Program-made: the position numbers and the translations under genes
Virus record (IMG/VR): IMGVR_UViG_3300040781_000091
Span: 1 to 64,000 of that record
Direction: 5' to 3' (one strand)
DNA from: a virus
DNA length: 64,000 nucleotides
The notes under the pieces: model-generated
The model's input: only the letters and a program-made list of their open reading frames with translations
The model's database searches: none
What the model was told of the DNA's origin: nothing
Shown here: positions 17,922 through 27,955 of the stretch, in pieces
How the letters are laid out: every line of letters begins with the position of its first letter
Position numbering within the stretch: the stretch's first letter is position 1

Positions 17922-18998
17922 TTAACCGAATAGTGCGTTTAGTGCTTTTACCACATCAACGTCTGCACCTTCTTTCAGGGATTCGTCGATGTTATCTTGT
18001 GAGTTAGAAAAGTTAGCGTATGCTTCGCTTTCGTCATCAGCTGCCTGAGTCTGCATTTCGGATTCGCTACCCTCTGGCACCGGACGATAATCGTCGTCAC
18101 TAATTTCTTCGCCGCCCATATCGTAGTCGCTATCGTCGATTTCTTCTGCGTCGAGTTCTTCAACATCATATCCGTCTATTGATTCGCCCACTACTTTGGC
18201 ATGTATGCGCTGAATAAATTCAGGCTTCATTGCCCATAGCTTGTCTGCATCGTAGTAACGATCGCTCATCGAAATACCCATATCTTGCATGTACTGGATT
18301 TTAGCAATAAGATCCCCTATGTCAGTATCTGCATCTGAGTATTTAACTTCGCCTGTAGGCTCAGAAACAACCTCCGGTTCTAGGTCTGGGTCGTCGCCGA
18401 GATCAACAATCGTGTCGTCGACTTCGACTTCATCTTCGTCTTCGACATCCGGCTCTGCTTCTTCTAGGTCTTTATTCATCGATGAATCAGTGAAAGGTGA
18501 ATCTTCGCCATCGGCGTTATCATACTGCTCTCCGATGCCATCTATACCAGCTAATGCTCTAAGCTCTTCCATGTCTGGATCCCATTCTTGCTCCCACTCT
18601 GGAAGTTCGTCGTCGAAGTAGTCTGCATCAGCAGAAGTCCACTCTTCCTCTGGTTCTGAAACAACAACAACCGGTGTTTCGTCTAGCTCGACGTCATCGG
18701 ACTCTGTGTCGGTACCGTCGGTATATTCGTTGTCGTACTCATAATCTTCCGGCTCGTCAATTTCGTCTTCTGCAAGATCGATAACCTGGTCGTAGATTTC
18801 GTTTTCTTCGATAGTAGATTCTGTTACATCGTTAGACGGAAAACAAGACTCGCAATCATAGCTGCCGCATCCGCAACCAGCTTCCTCGAGCTCCTCTGAT
18901 CCTTCTTCTTCCTGATCTGCTAATACTTCTTCTGCATCAGGACCATCTTCGATGATCTTCATCCATTTTTCTAAGTCTTCCATATGTGTTCCACTCAT
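17922..18998 (-). CDS. Highly acidic low-complexity late protein
   Basis: D/E-rich, CGCGSYDCESC cluster, ELRALAGI motif; SD GGAG. Confidence 0.75.
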   Translation of the reverse strand: MSGTHMEDLEKWMKIIEDGPDAEEVLADQEEEGSEELEEAGCGCGSYDCESCFPSNDVTESTIEENEIYDQVIDLAEDEIDEPEDYEYDNEYTDGTDTESDDVELDETPVVVVSEPEEEWTSADADYFDDELPEWEQEWDPDMEELRALAGIDGIGEQYDNADGEDSPFTDSSMNKDLEEAEPDVEDEDEVEVDDTIVDLGDDPDLEPEVVSEPTGEVKYSDADTDIGDLIAKIQYMQDMGISMSDRYYDADKLWAMKPEFIQRIHAKVVGESIDGYDVEELDAEEIDDSDYDMGGEEISDDDYRPVPEGSESEMQTQAADDESEAYANFSNSQDNIDESLKEGADVDVVKALNALFG

Positions 18999-19566
18999 GT
19001 TCTTCTCCTTTAAACTTTATTTCGTCCCGGTTGTCTTCGCCATAAGACATCGGGGATAGTGATCCGTCGTTACCGGTCGAAGCAAAGTTATCTGCTGCTA
19101 GTTCTTCCGGGGCTAGTGTTACGTTAGAAATTGGATATGTACCGTCTTGACTATCGACGTTGCAAATGACGCTCTTACCGTCGAGTGCATATGCAACAAA
19201 AACGCCGAATCCTTCGCCGTTTCCTGCACCGTATATATCGTTGATCTTTACCATGTCGCCGGCTTGGAGCTCCGGCTTATCGAGGAGGGAGTGAACATCG
19301 TTGTCGATCTCGTCGTAACGTTGTTCGTCTGAATTTCCAACATAAAAGCTATCTGCTGAATCAACAACTGCTTCTAAGTCAGAAACGGGATATTCTTGGT
19401 TAGTTCCTTTTACGTCTACAATACACTTACCACTAACAGGAGAAAATCCAACATATCGCCCTACTCCGCCGCCATATTCCTTGCTTATCTGCACAACTTC
19501 ACCTTCTTCAAAAGGTACGGTTTGACCTCCGTTGATTGCAGTTAACCATGTATACATGTCTGACAT
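18937..19566 (-). CDS. Late protein with two SH3/KOW-like repeats
   Basis: FEEGEVVQI...YPVSDL and LQAGDMVKI...YPISNV; late promoter 19596-19603. Confidence 0.7.
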   Translation of the reverse strand: MSDMYTWLTAINGGQTVPFEEGEVVQISKEYGGGVGRYVGFSPVSGKCIVDVKGTNQEYPVSDLEAVVDSADSFYVGNSDEQRYDEIDNDVHSLLDKPELQAGDMVKINDIYGAGNGEGFGVFVAYALDGKSVICNVDSQDGTYPISNVTLAPEELAADNFASTGNDGSLSPMSYGEDNRDEIKFKGEEHEWNTYGRLRKMDEDHRRWS

Positions 19567-19655
19567 TGATAAACACCTTTTTCTTATGTTTCGTGTATTT
19601 ATCAAAGTTATTGGAATTGAGCTGTAAAAGTTTCTCCGGTTAAAAATGTAGGTAG

Positions 19656-20999
19656 TTACTTGATTTTGCTAGAGTGATCTGCTTCTTCTTTATCTTCGCG
19701 CAATTCTACAAAGCGAGGCAAAAACAAGCTATCTACGCCCTGGCGAGATTTGTCCTTGCTTGCAATTCGTTCATTGTACAACACAGTTACTATACGACCC
19801 ATCCATTCTTGGATATTTGCAGTAATCTCATCTCGCAATTCGTCGCTGAATCCACTAATACTAACTTCTAGCATACGATCAGATGATGCACACACAAGAG
19901 AGCCCATTTTATTCTCGTTTTTAGTACCAGGGGTGCCTGGGTTCCAGCCGATTACTTCTAGGTCACAATCATTTTCGGCCTTCATTTTTACAAGGTGCTG
20001 ACTACGCTTATCTTCCCAAGGACTGGTTATGTTCTTGAGCATAATTCCCTCTTCGCCAGCAGCAAGTGCTTCTTCGTAATGCGCCAGGGCCTCGTCGAGG
20101 GATTGCACTATTCTCCACTCTATGAGATGGTACATATCACTTTTCGGAGCATCGTTAATTACTGTCTGTAAATTAGCAAAACGGGTTTTGTACGGAGTAC
20201 TATCTTTAAATTCGAAGAATGCATCGTAATCAATCATATCCCAAATACGCATACGGACCCGGGATGCTTCTGCTTTACTAATTGTTCCCCTTACTGCTTT
20301 GTTAAGGATTCCGTTTCCTTTTTTGCGGGACATAACCGAGCCATCAGTTTCGAGAACAACAAGCTCACCGTCGAAGACAACACTCGATCCCACCGTGTTC
20401 CCAAGAGCAATAAAGTCGACATCAAAACAGTCGTACAAATCAACCAACTTACCAGAGCGGCCCCGTATAGTGATACTCTCCCCATTTCCATCGTTTGCTT
20501 GATAAATGACATTAACACGCATCCCATCGGCCTTAAGTTGACTGTAAGCAGGCCATTGTATTTTTTGAATAGTTTTGTCGTCGTACCCCTTTCCTAGCAA
20601 GCACGGATAGGTAGGAACTAATCCTTTCCATACTTTATTTACCGTGGATTCTTGTACCCCACATCGCAGATCTTTTTTAATAATGCGCTCTGCAACAACA
20701 GCGGAGTCCGGGTCCATATTCGATAGTAGTTCGGTGAGAAGTTTGATTGCGGCATTGCCGGTGACTTTGCGTTCGGAGAATTGGTCTAGGTGAGAGATGA
20801 ACCACGCAACGTCTTTGGTGCCGGTTGCAGTGTATTCTGGAATTTTTCTAATATAAAACTGAATGAACGGGCTGAGTGCGTGATAGATTGCATCCTGCAA
20901 CTGTGTATTAGTTGCATTGTCCTTTAGGATTTCAATCTTGTCATTACGGCCGGAAGTATTTTCCAGCAAGTTCATTACACTATATACTTCGCAAGTCAT
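19656..20999 (-). CDS. ATP-dependent DNA ligase (T4 gp30-like)
   Basis: KADGMR (KxDG), FDGEL, EEGIMLK, KMK, LFLPRFVELREDK. Confidence 0.93.
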   Translation of the reverse strand: MTCEVYSVMNLLENTSGRNDKIEILKDNATNTQLQDAIYHALSPFIQFYIRKIPEYTATGTKDVAWFISHLDQFSERKVTGNAAIKLLTELLSNMDPDSAVVAERIIKKDLRCGVQESTVNKVWKGLVPTYPCLLGKGYDDKTIQKIQWPAYSQLKADGMRVNVIYQANDGNGESITIRGRSGKLVDLYDCFDVDFIALGNTVGSSVVFDGELVVLETDGSVMSRKKGNGILNKAVRGTISKAEASRVRMRIWDMIDYDAFFEFKDSTPYKTRFANLQTVINDAPKSDMYHLIEWRIVQSLDEALAHYEEALAAGEEGIMLKNITSPWEDKRSQHLVKMKAENDCDLEVIGWNPGTPGTKNENKMGSLVCASSDRMLEVSISGFSDELRDEITANIQEWMGRIVTVLYNERIASKDKSRQGVDSLFLPRFVELREDKEEADHSSKIK

Positions 21000-21270
21000 C
21001 CCAATTGTCCTTTATGTGTATAACTCGTTTAAGACGTTCTAACACCATATCATCGACGGAAAGAACACCAAATCCCTCACTTTCACAAACATAGTATACA
21101 TCCATTCTATTAATAATGCTACCTTTTCCTGACAGAAAATTTTCTTCGGCAACTTGCTTGATGTATACCGTTCCTTTTTCCGGCACGAGCGGCCGCGGAC
21201 TAGGAGCACAATATCCGCCCCCACCATCACCATCTAGTTTACAATTTATAAACTTCGGAATTCTTTTCAT
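20980..21270 (-). CDS. Hypothetical protein
   Basis: Tiles in the operon. Confidence 0.55.
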   Translation of the reverse strand: MKRIPKFINCKLDGDGGGGYCAPSPRPLVPEKGTVYIKQVAEENFLSGKGSIINRMDVYYVCESEGFGVLSVDDMVLERLKRVIHIKDNWDDLRSI

Positions 21271-21622
21271 ATGGGCATTGCATGTTGTTTTTTTGCAGAC
21301 ATTCGTAATACTGTAAATCTTTGTTTTCTAACCATTCCCACCCTGACACAGAAAATAGATAACCATTACAGTCTCGACACATTACCTTCACTTCGTCGTC
21401 ATATGCCGGCTCTACATCCTTGGCCCAATCCAACTGCTCGACATCAGGATACAGTATCTTAATCATAGTTGCATCTTCGTCGGTTACTTGATAATACTTT
21501 GCATCACGTATGCCCCACTCTTTATGGGGAGACACTGATCTATACTTACGGTCTTCCATGTAATTATGGAAATTCCTGTGTTCCAGTTTTACGACAGGTG
21601 CCCGGTATCCTAATAATTTCAT
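21239..21622 (-). CDS. Hypothetical protein with Cys motifs
   Basis: CRDC...C...C; TAATG coupling. Confidence 0.6.
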   Translation of the reverse strand: MKLLGYRAPVVKLEHRNFHNYMEDRKYRSVSPHKEWGIRDAKYYQVTDEDATMIKILYPDVEQLDWAKDVEPAYDDEVKVMCRDCNGYLFSVSGWEWLENKDLQYYECLQKNNMQCPYEKNSEVYKL

Positions 21623-21906
21623 TAGTGTATTACCCTCGCAATTTCGTATCCGAGATCAGCAAACAACTCTGAATTCTGTTCATATATCTCTAGGGCCTGC
21701 ATCAACGATTCGTTATCGTCTGGGTCAAACTCAGGAAGAATAATAACCCGAACAATATCATATCCTGCAAACACATCGTCAAAAATTTCAGATCGACTGT
21801 GTTGTGATCCCCGAGGAACAAAGACAGCAATAAAATCATCAAAGCTAATTTTGTCGTCTGCGGGTATAAGGACACAGTTTTCATCAAAAGTAATTATATC
21901 GTTCAT
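21622..21906 (-). CDS. Hypothetical acidic protein
   Basis: ATGA coupling to ftsH. Confidence 0.65.
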   Translation of the reverse strand: MNDIITFDENCVLIPADDKISFDDFIAVFVPRGSQHSRSEIFDDVFAGYDIVRVIILPEFDPDDNESLMQALEIYEQNSELFADLGYEIARVIH

Positions 21907-23684
21907 TTCTCATCCATAATCTGCGAAATAATATCTTCGCCGATTGTTTCGTGTTCAATTAGTGCTGCGGCCATGGCGTCTAATTTGTCACGATTAGCCT
22001 CTAGTATTCTCGTCGCTTGCTTGTAATTTTTCTCCAAAATTTCAGCAATTTGTGACTCGACTTGACCCAAGGTTATACTTGATAGCACACTAGATCCTAC
22101 TTTATCTAATTTACTAAAATTCATGACACCTAGTTCGCTGAATCCCCATTCGGTTACCATCTTACGCGCAATCTCAGTTGCCCTAGCAATATCACTGCTC
22201 GCGCCGGTGGTAACTTTATTAGAACCATACTTCAGCTCTTCTGCAATGCGCCCTCCGAACAAGGAGCAGATAGAACTGTTTAGATATTCGAGGCTATGAC
22301 TGTAGCGTTCCTCTTCTGGTAAAAATTGCGTCACACCCAGGGCGCGGCCCCGGGGAATGATACTGACCTTGTAAACAGGATCATGGTCCGGTGAGAGCCT
22401 ACCGACGATAGCATGACCGGCTTCGTGGTAAGCAGTTTGCTCTAGATCTAGTGGCTTCATTTCCTTAGGACTTTCAGCACCCATCATTACCTTATCCTTA
22501 GACCTTTCTAAATCGGATATAGTAACCTCTGACCGCTGTTCACGTGCAACAAAAATTGCAGCTTCGTTGATTAGCTTTTTAAGTTCGGCGCCGGAGAAGC
22601 CGGGTGTTCCTTTTGCAATTTGCTGCACATCTACAAGGCTAACATCTCGGTTAATTTTCTGAAGGTGTAAATTGAGAATCTTTTCTCTGGCCTGTACGTC
22701 TGGTAGGCTAATATTAATAATACGATCAAATCTACCAGGACGCATCAATGCAGGATCAAGTACATCGGGTCGGTTAGTTGCAGCAATTACCAACACCCCA
22801 TGATCATCTTCGAATCCATCCATCTCTACAAGGAGCTGGTTAAGAGTTTGATCTTGTTCGCGTCCAGAGCCGCTAGCAGCATCTCCGCGAGATCTTCCTA
22901 GGGCATCGATCTCGTCGATAAAAATGATAGAAGGTGCTACCGACTTGGCCTGGGTGAATAAGCTACGCACCCTGCCGGCACCTACACCCACAAACATCTC
23001 AACAAATTCAGACCCAGATACTTCAAAAAACGGAACGCCGGCTTCGCCTGCAATTGCTCTTGCTAGTAGTGTCTTACCGGTTCCCGGCTCTCCGGCTAAT
23101 AGTATTCCTTTAGGAAATTCTGCTTTTGCTTTACGGTAGTCCTCGGGTCTTTTTAGAAAGTCAATTACTTCCTTTGCTTCGTCGTGTTCGCCGGGGTTTG
23201 AAATTACATCGCTAAGGCGTGTTTTATTCTTCTCTGGGTCAATTAAACGGGCTTTTGTCTTTCCGAAGCTAAGAATGCCGTCGCCGTTTTTCTTACCTAA
23301 CCGGACAATAAAGAACACTAGTATAAGCACAGGAATTACACCGAACATTAGCATCCCGAACCAACCAATTGGCTGTGGCGGCAGTTCTGCATTTACTAAT
23401 GCACCGTGAGAAATCGCCTTGTCTACTATATACGCAGGGTCGCCTGCAGACACGGTACGGTATAATTCGGAGTTACCTTTTAGAGTATAAACAATTGTCC
23501 GTTCGTCTGACTCGATGTCAATTTCGTCAACCAACTGAACATTAGTAACGAGGTGCGAATAAGGAGAATTGTTGTAGTCCGGGCCGAAGAACAATGGTTT
23601 GATAATAAACAACCAAGCTAGGCCGCCGATGGCACATAACCAAACTATACCCACAAGGCCATTGCGTGTTTTTGATTCACTCAT
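21903..23684 (-). CDS. ftsH: FtsH membrane AAA+ zinc metalloprotease
   Basis: Two TM helices, [41 protein letters not shown]. Confidence 0.95.
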   Translation of the reverse strand: MSESKTRNGLVGIVWLCAIGGLAWLFIIKPLFFGPDYNNSPYSHLVTNVQLVDEIDIESDERTIVYTLKGNSELYRTVSAGDPAYIVDKAISHGALVNAELPPQPIGWFGMLMFGVIPVLILVFFIVRLGKKNGDGILSFGKTKARLIDPEKNKTRLSDVISNPGEHDEAKEVIDFLKRPEDYRKAKAEFPKGILLAGEPGTGKTLLARAIAGEAGVPFFEVSGSEFVEMFVGVGAGRVRSLFTQAKSVAPSIIFIDEIDALGRSRGDAASGSGREQDQTLNQLLVEMDGFEDDHGVLVIAATNRPDVLDPALMRPGRFDRIINISLPDVQAREKILNLHLQKINRDVSLVDVQQIAKGTPGFSGAELKKLINEAAIFVAREQRSEVTISDLERSKDKVMMGAESPKEMKPLDLEQTAYHEAGHAIVGRLSPDHDPVYKVSIIPRGRALGVTQFLPEEERYSHSLEYLNSSICSLFGGRIAEELKYGSNKVTTGASSDIARATEIARKMVTEWGFSELGVMNFSKLDKVGSSVLSSITLGQVESQIAEILEKNYKQATRILEANRDKLDAMAAALIEHETIGEDIISQIMDEK

Positions 23685-23685
23685 A

Positions 23686-23895
23686 CTATACCTTCCAGGT
23701 TATGCTCGACGTAAGTAACGTGTCGATTTCTTTATTGACAACTCTGTCGATGTCTTCAACAGTAGCAGTCTGATATGCTCGGGGATAGTGTATCTCGCAA
23801 TATGCGGTTCGTATTACAGTGGGGAGTCTACATTCGCATTCTAGGTGGTCGATCCACTGACAGGTCTTGGGGATAAATTCGATTTGATTATTCAT
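23686..23895 (-). CDS. Small protein resembling the GcrA C-terminal zinc domain
   Basis: TCQWI...C...AYCEIHYPRAY; own promoter and SD GGAGG. Confidence 0.55.
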   Translation of the reverse strand: MNNQIEFIPKTCQWIDHLECECRLPTVIRTAYCEIHYPRAYQTATVEDIDRVVNKEIDTLLTSSITWKV

Positions 23896-23914
23896 ACAAC
23901 CTCCGTTTTGTTTT

Positions 23915-23942
23915 ATTATACACTAAAACAGGTCGATGTCAA
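23915..23942 (-). promoter_or_regulatory. sigma70-type promoter for the gcrA-like/ftsH operon
   Basis: TTGACA-N16-TATAAT. Confidence 0.7.
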
Positions 23943-24276
23943 GATCATCCTCTGTTAACAGCTCGATTATGACATATTCATAATCGTGCTCTAAACATAC
24001 ATCAATTATATCCATTAAATCATAATCTATCTCGGTAGTGGCGTGCCAATAAACCTTGAGGGGATCGTTTGCAAATCCGGATAATACTTCTTTCGAATTT
24101 TGTAAATATTCATCAAATGATCGACATTGATTATCGTCGAATACACCGATTGCAGAACGAAGAATATCTTGCTGCTGTATTAATTTAATTTTTCTTATTA
24201 GCACACCGTCTGGGCCGACGATATTATATTCTGTTCCGAGACTGTTTAAATTTTTTGTCCGCATATTATTATCCAA
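23923..24276 (-). CDS. Hypothetical protein
   Basis: Tiles; start may be ATG 24264. Confidence 0.6.
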   Translation of the reverse strand: MDNNMRTKNLNSLGTEYNIVGPDGVLIRKIKLIQQQDILRSAIGVFDDNQCRSFDEYLQNSKEVLSGFANDPLKVYWHATTEIDYDLMDIIDVCLEHDYEYVIIELLTEDDLDIDLF

Positions 24277-25056
24277 TCAATCTTCCATTTTCAAGTGTGC
24301 TTTTGCTTCTGCGATCCACTTTGTAACTTCGTCGTAGTTCTTGATAATTTCTTCTGGTTCGAATTTTTTGGTCGGTTTAGATTTAATAAAATCAAAGTTT
24401 GGTAATACTTCTTTATAATCATCTAATCCCATTTGCTCAAAAAGTACTCCGTAGTTGTCTTTGAAGTCTTCGTAATAAACAACCGAATGATTTACCCAGT
24501 TGTAATAATCTCGCATGTCTTTTAGAAAGAATACTTTTTGATCGATAAAGTCTTTCTTAATTTCGATTGCAGTCCATGTAAACTCTTCCTCATCTTTACC
24601 GAAGTTAAAATTTCTACGATTTGCATCGTGGTGCCACTTATTAGTTTTCGATGCTACAACATGCGACACAACTTGTGCAAGCATATCGCGGCGCTCAATA
24701 AACCCAAAATAGTATCCATTTCTTGCAAGATACTGCATTGTTGCAATGGGCGAAGAACGATAGATAATCTTATTTAGGTAATACTTTCCCTTCTTCGCCT
24801 GGCGATCAATTAATTCTAGGCGACTTGCAATTTCGGCATTAGGTTCGATTTCTTTTTTAATACCCTCTTGTGCAAGTAGTTCGCCGTGTTTAATCTTTGC
24901 CTTAATAAACCCTTTTGTATTTTTTAGTGTCGTGGTACATAAGAATTCGTAGTATGGTGCTCGACTATAATTATATTTATTTACTAGATATTCTTCCATT
25001 AGCTGGCTCGCAAGGAAAGATCCTGAGCGAGGCAGACAACATAATGCATACTTCAT
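24277..25056 (-). CDS. Sulfotransferase-fold protein (Stf0-like)
   Basis: 5'-PSB-like LPRSGS, 3'-PB-like ERRDMLAQVVS, VYYEDF. Confidence 0.7.
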   Translation of the reverse strand: MKYALCCLPRSGSFLASQLMEEYLVNKYNYSRAPYYEFLCTTTLKNTKGFIKAKIKHGELLAQEGIKKEIEPNAEIASRLELIDRQAKKGKYYLNKIIYRSSPIATMQYLARNGYYFGFIERRDMLAQVVSHVVASKTNKWHHDANRRNFNFGKDEEEFTWTAIEIKKDFIDQKVFFLKDMRDYYNWVNHSVVYYEDFKDNYGVLFEQMGLDDYKEVLPNFDFIKSKPTKKFEPEEIIKNYDEVTKWIAEAKAHLKMED

Positions 25057-25090
25057 TTATACTACCTGTGTTGTGTTTGTGTTTAGTATA

Positions 25091-25378
25091 TTAAGTGTTT
25101 TTGGCTTGACGGGCTGCTCGGCGAGCGGCTCTTGCTGCCTTTTGCTCGTCAGTAAGCCCTGCTTCGCGACGGGCCCGGCGGGCTGCTCTTTTTTCTTCTG
25201 GTGTTGCATCTGGATTCTCGATATTAAACCTAACTCGTTCCAACAGTTGCTTAGGAGCGCCGACTCCTCGTCTTACTGTACCATCGCAGGTTGCGGCGTG
25301 TGCGTCGCGCCTTGCTTCAATTAAAAAAGATGCGGCGCAAGCAGGGCAGTCGAATATTTCTGTAAATCTTTGTGGCAT
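25091..25378 (-). CDS. Zinc-ribbon (FmdB-like) protein with Arg/Ala-rich basic tail
   Basis: FDCPAC...CDG..RRGVGAP; repeated T(P/D)E(E/Q)KxAxxARR tail. Confidence 0.55.
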   Translation of the reverse strand: MPQRFTEIFDCPACAASFLIEARRDAHAATCDGTVRRGVGAPKQLLERVRFNIENPDATPEEKRAARRARREAGLTDEQKAARAARRAARQAKNT

Positions 25379-25422
25379 GATAAAAACTCCTAAAATTATA
25401 GTTATATCGTATTTATCGTTAT

Positions 25423-25713
25423 TTAGACATCATAATACGATATTGTAAAATCATTCTCTACGGTAGCACACACACTAGACAATCTTGTTAGTTCTACAGC
25501 GTCAGTCCAACCCGGTGGCCCTTCTTGCCACGATACCTGGGCATCTGCATAATACTGACCCTGTGTTAAGACAGCTCGCTTATCTAATACTCTAATACCG
25601 TTTGGATCGTATCCCTCTTTCTTTGCTATCTCTCTCAGCTGGAATGCTAGATTCTGAGCTGCGTGATAAGATGCTTGCTCTTTGCAGGCTTCCCAGTGTG
25701 CTTTAGTTCTCAT
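25423..25713 (-). CDS. Hypothetical protein
   Basis: SD GAGGGAG; WQEGPPGW motif. Confidence 0.65.
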   Translation of the reverse strand: MRTKAHWEACKEQASYHAAQNLAFQLREIAKKEGYDPNGIRVLDKRAVLTQGQYYADAQVSWQEGPPGWTDAVELTRLSSVCATVENDFTISYYDV

Positions 25714-25753
25714 TATTACTCCCTCTGATTATATGTATACGGAAGTTTGCGTA

Positions 25754-26287
25754 TCAATTTAATCTACTATTTACTACATTCCAGTCTATAATCTTCCAGA
25801 TCTCATTTAAATATGTCTCTTTATCTGGTCCGTAATCTAAATAATAAGAGTGTTCCCACATATCGACAATCAGAGCAACATTTTCTGTAATCTGATGATT
25901 CGGTATCGTTTTAATCTTGCCAGCAGTGTCCATATAACACCACCCAGAGCCCTTTATATCCATAGCTTCTGTGATGAAGCTATGCTTAAAATGCATAAAT
26001 CCGTTATGTGCTGCGTTAATTAGATCTTTAGATTTTCCATGCGGGGTGTTATTCATCCGTTCGGGAAATAATTGCTCGAAGAATAAACGGTGTAGTTCTT
26101 CACCTGCTACTGCAAACGTATTAGATTCGTCTTCTTGTGCCTTTTCTATATAATTTTTATATAGGATATTATAGTGGTAATCTAAATTTTTATTGCTCAG
26201 TACAGAGTTGTCGGATTCTAATATCCGAAGAATAGGCACCGCTTCTGTTTGCTGTGTGGCGTACTTAATAAAATCGTAGTTTGGCAT
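25754..26287 (-). CDS. Fe/Mn superoxide dismutase (short form)
   Basis: YHY..Y, LHRLFF, GSGW, DMWEHSYYLDY, IDW.VVNSRL. Confidence 0.88.
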   Translation of the reverse strand: MPNYDFIKYATQQTEAVPILRILESDNSVLSNKNLDYHYNILYKNYIEKAQEDESNTFAVAGEELHRLFFEQLFPERMNNTPHGKSKDLINAAHNGFMHFKHSFITEAMDIKGSGWCYMDTAGKIKTIPNHQITENVALIVDMWEHSYYLDYGPDKETYLNEIWKIIDWNVVNSRLN

Positions 26288-26291
26288 AGTG

Positions 26292-26609
26292 TTAGTATTT
26301 ATCCGGTAACCACTGAGCTGCTTTTGCGCCCCATGTCGACAATTTAAACTTTAGCAAATCTTCGTCTGCTAAAAAGTAAAAGAATATTTGTGAACCAATA
26401 CCTTCGTTCTGTTCCTTTATTATGATTTCGCTTTCTAGCTGGTCCATCATCCAATAACGACATTCACTAAATTCTGCTGGTTGTATGCCCCTTGGATTGT
26501 ACCTGCCTAACCACGATATATATACCTTGGTGTAGTCATCTAAATTATACCAACGTGCAATTTGTTTATCGTTCTTATAAATTTCGTGGTAGAACCTAAT
26601 AATAGCCAT
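26292..26609 (-). CDS. Hypothetical protein with F-x4-D-x3-FKL motif
   Basis: FLADEDLLKFKLSTW. Confidence 0.6.
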   Translation of the reverse strand: MAIIRFYHEIYKNDKQIARWYNLDDYTKVYISWLGRYNPRGIQPAEFSECRYWMMDQLESEIIIKEQNEGIGSQIFFYFLADEDLLKFKLSTWGAKAAQWLPDKY

Positions 26610-27003
26610 TTTCGGAATCTTGACCTCGTAGCTTGCGAAGTATTTTTAACTGTTTGTCTTTTTTTTCCCGGCGCAATCTTTTTTTGACCTGGTACCATAG
26701 TATATGTCGATCTAATATCCGAAATAATGGAATTATGTCTTCTTTTCCAGATTCGTACCGACTTAAAAATCGGGGACCATTTCCTATCCACAGACAAACT
26801 GTATTCGGACCTTCAAAATCCCATAACCCTTCCTCGAACATACGCTGAACCACTGCATAAGAATATTCGACATCGTCGGGGATGGGCCTTACTTCTCTAG
26901 TCTCTATCCACATAGTGAATTCTGCTCGGCGCCACCATATAGTATCGTCATTGAGCTGGTCATACAGTATTTTATTCTCGTCTGTTAGCAGACAACGGAA
27001 CAT
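26596..27003 (-). CDS. Hypothetical protein
   Basis: Starts 1 nt after the clpS stop. Confidence 0.6.
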   Translation of the reverse strand: MFRCLLTDENKILYDQLNDDTIWWRRAEFTMWIETREVRPIPDDVEYSYAVVQRMFEEGLWDFEGPNTVCLWIGNGPRFLSRYESGKEDIIPLFRILDRHILWYQVKKRLRREKKDKQLKILRKLRGQDSENGYY

Positions 27004-27004
27004 A

Positions 27005-27331
27005 CTATATCTTTTCGTATGTTACTTGGAGGGGGTATCCAGAAGTTCTTGCGAGTCTAATAGCTTCTTCGGTTTTTTCTTCTGCAATCTCTCTAGTATA
27101 TATTCCAGCAATGCCTCTTCCTTTGTGGTGTATCGAGAGTGTTATTTCCGCGGCTTCTTCTAGGTCCTTATGAAATACCATTTGCAATAATGTAATAACA
27201 AAATCTACAGTAGTCTTGTCATCGTTGTGAAGTACTACTCGGAACATATTGGGTTCCTGAGTTTTCTGTTTTTCTTTTTCTTTTTCTATGGACGAAATCT
27301 TTTCTAAGATGTCGAAATCTGTAGTTGCCAT
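27005..27331 (-). CDS. clpS: ClpS N-degron adaptor
   Basis: VVLHNDDKTTVDFV, IHHKGRGIAG, EIAEEK, YPL. Confidence 0.9.
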   Translation of the reverse strand: MATTDFDILEKISSIEKEKEKQKTQEPNMFRVVLHNDDKTTVDFVITLLQMVFHKDLEEAAEITLSIHHKGRGIAGIYTREIAEEKTEEAIRLARTSGYPLQVTYEKI

Positions 27332-27352
27332 CTAACTCTCCGATTTAGAAGC

Positions 27353-27400
27353 CCCCGATAAGAAGCGCAAGTATTTTTTAATTATACGATCTTATCGGGG
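27353..27400. repeat. 11-bp perfect inverted repeat with a 26-nt spacer
   Basis: CCCCGATAAGA ... TCTTATCGGGG between hsp20 and clpS. Confidence 0.8.
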
Positions 27401-27409
27401 TCTAGTCAA
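27381..27409 (-). promoter_or_regulatory. sigma70-type promoter for clpS
   Basis: TTGACT-N17-TATAAT. Confidence 0.75.
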
Positions 27410-27421
27410 CTAAAATTAAAC

Positions 27422-27889
27422 TTAACTATTACCTAATGAAGGTGTACTGTTAATTTCGATTAACTTAGGCTTGGCAGCCTCGGGGATCTCTTGTTCGAGA
27501 ACAATAGTTAAGATACCGTCTTCGAGCTCTGCGCCAGTAACTTCCATATATTCAGCAAGAGTCCAGCTTAACTTAAAGGAGCGCTCTGAAATTCCCTTGT
27601 GGTGGTATTTGAGTTCTGTTCCTTCTGGCGGTGGCGTCTTCTTGCCGGAGATGGTAAGTTTACCCTGATGTTGTTCAATTTCAATTTCGGATTTTTTAAA
27701 CCCTGCAACTGCAATCTCCAGAGAAATTACGCCGTCTTGATTTTTAACGACATTATACGGAGGATAGTTTGAAGTACTAGCATTGGTCCAGCGATTTTCG
27801 ATATCGTGGAAGATATTATCATATCCTAATGCTACGCGGTTTAAGTTATCGAATAAATTTGAGATGTTAGAGGTTCTAATGCTTGTCAT
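27422..27889 (-). CDS. Small heat-shock protein Hsp20 (IbpA-like)
   Basis: NYPPYNV, EIAVAGF, HKGISERSF, AELEDGILTI. Confidence 0.93.
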   Translation of the reverse strand: MTSIRTSNISNLFDNLNRVALGYDNIFHDIENRWTNASTSNYPPYNVVKNQDGVISLEIAVAGFKKSEIEIEQHQGKLTISGKKTPPPEGTELKYHHKGISERSFKLSWTLAEYMEVTGAELEDGILTIVLEQEIPEAAKPKLIEINSTPSLGNS

Positions 27890-27895
27890 GATAGA

Positions 27896-27955
27896 CTCCT
27901 TATATTAAGCAAGTTTATTTAAATTATGTAGGACCTGCCCTTGCAGCATCCTACA
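27896..27955 (-). promoter_or_regulatory. ROSE-like RNA thermometer in the hsp20 leader
   Basis: 5' hairpin UGUAGGA...UCCUACA, then CUUGCUUA-AUA-UAAGGAG pairing the SD. Confidence 0.7.

Noticed and set aside
18937-19020. Programmed frameshift fusing 18937-19566 to 17922-18998 across a 62-nt overlap
   Set aside because: The downstream gene has its own SD and ATG; no canonical slippery heptamer or stimulator seen
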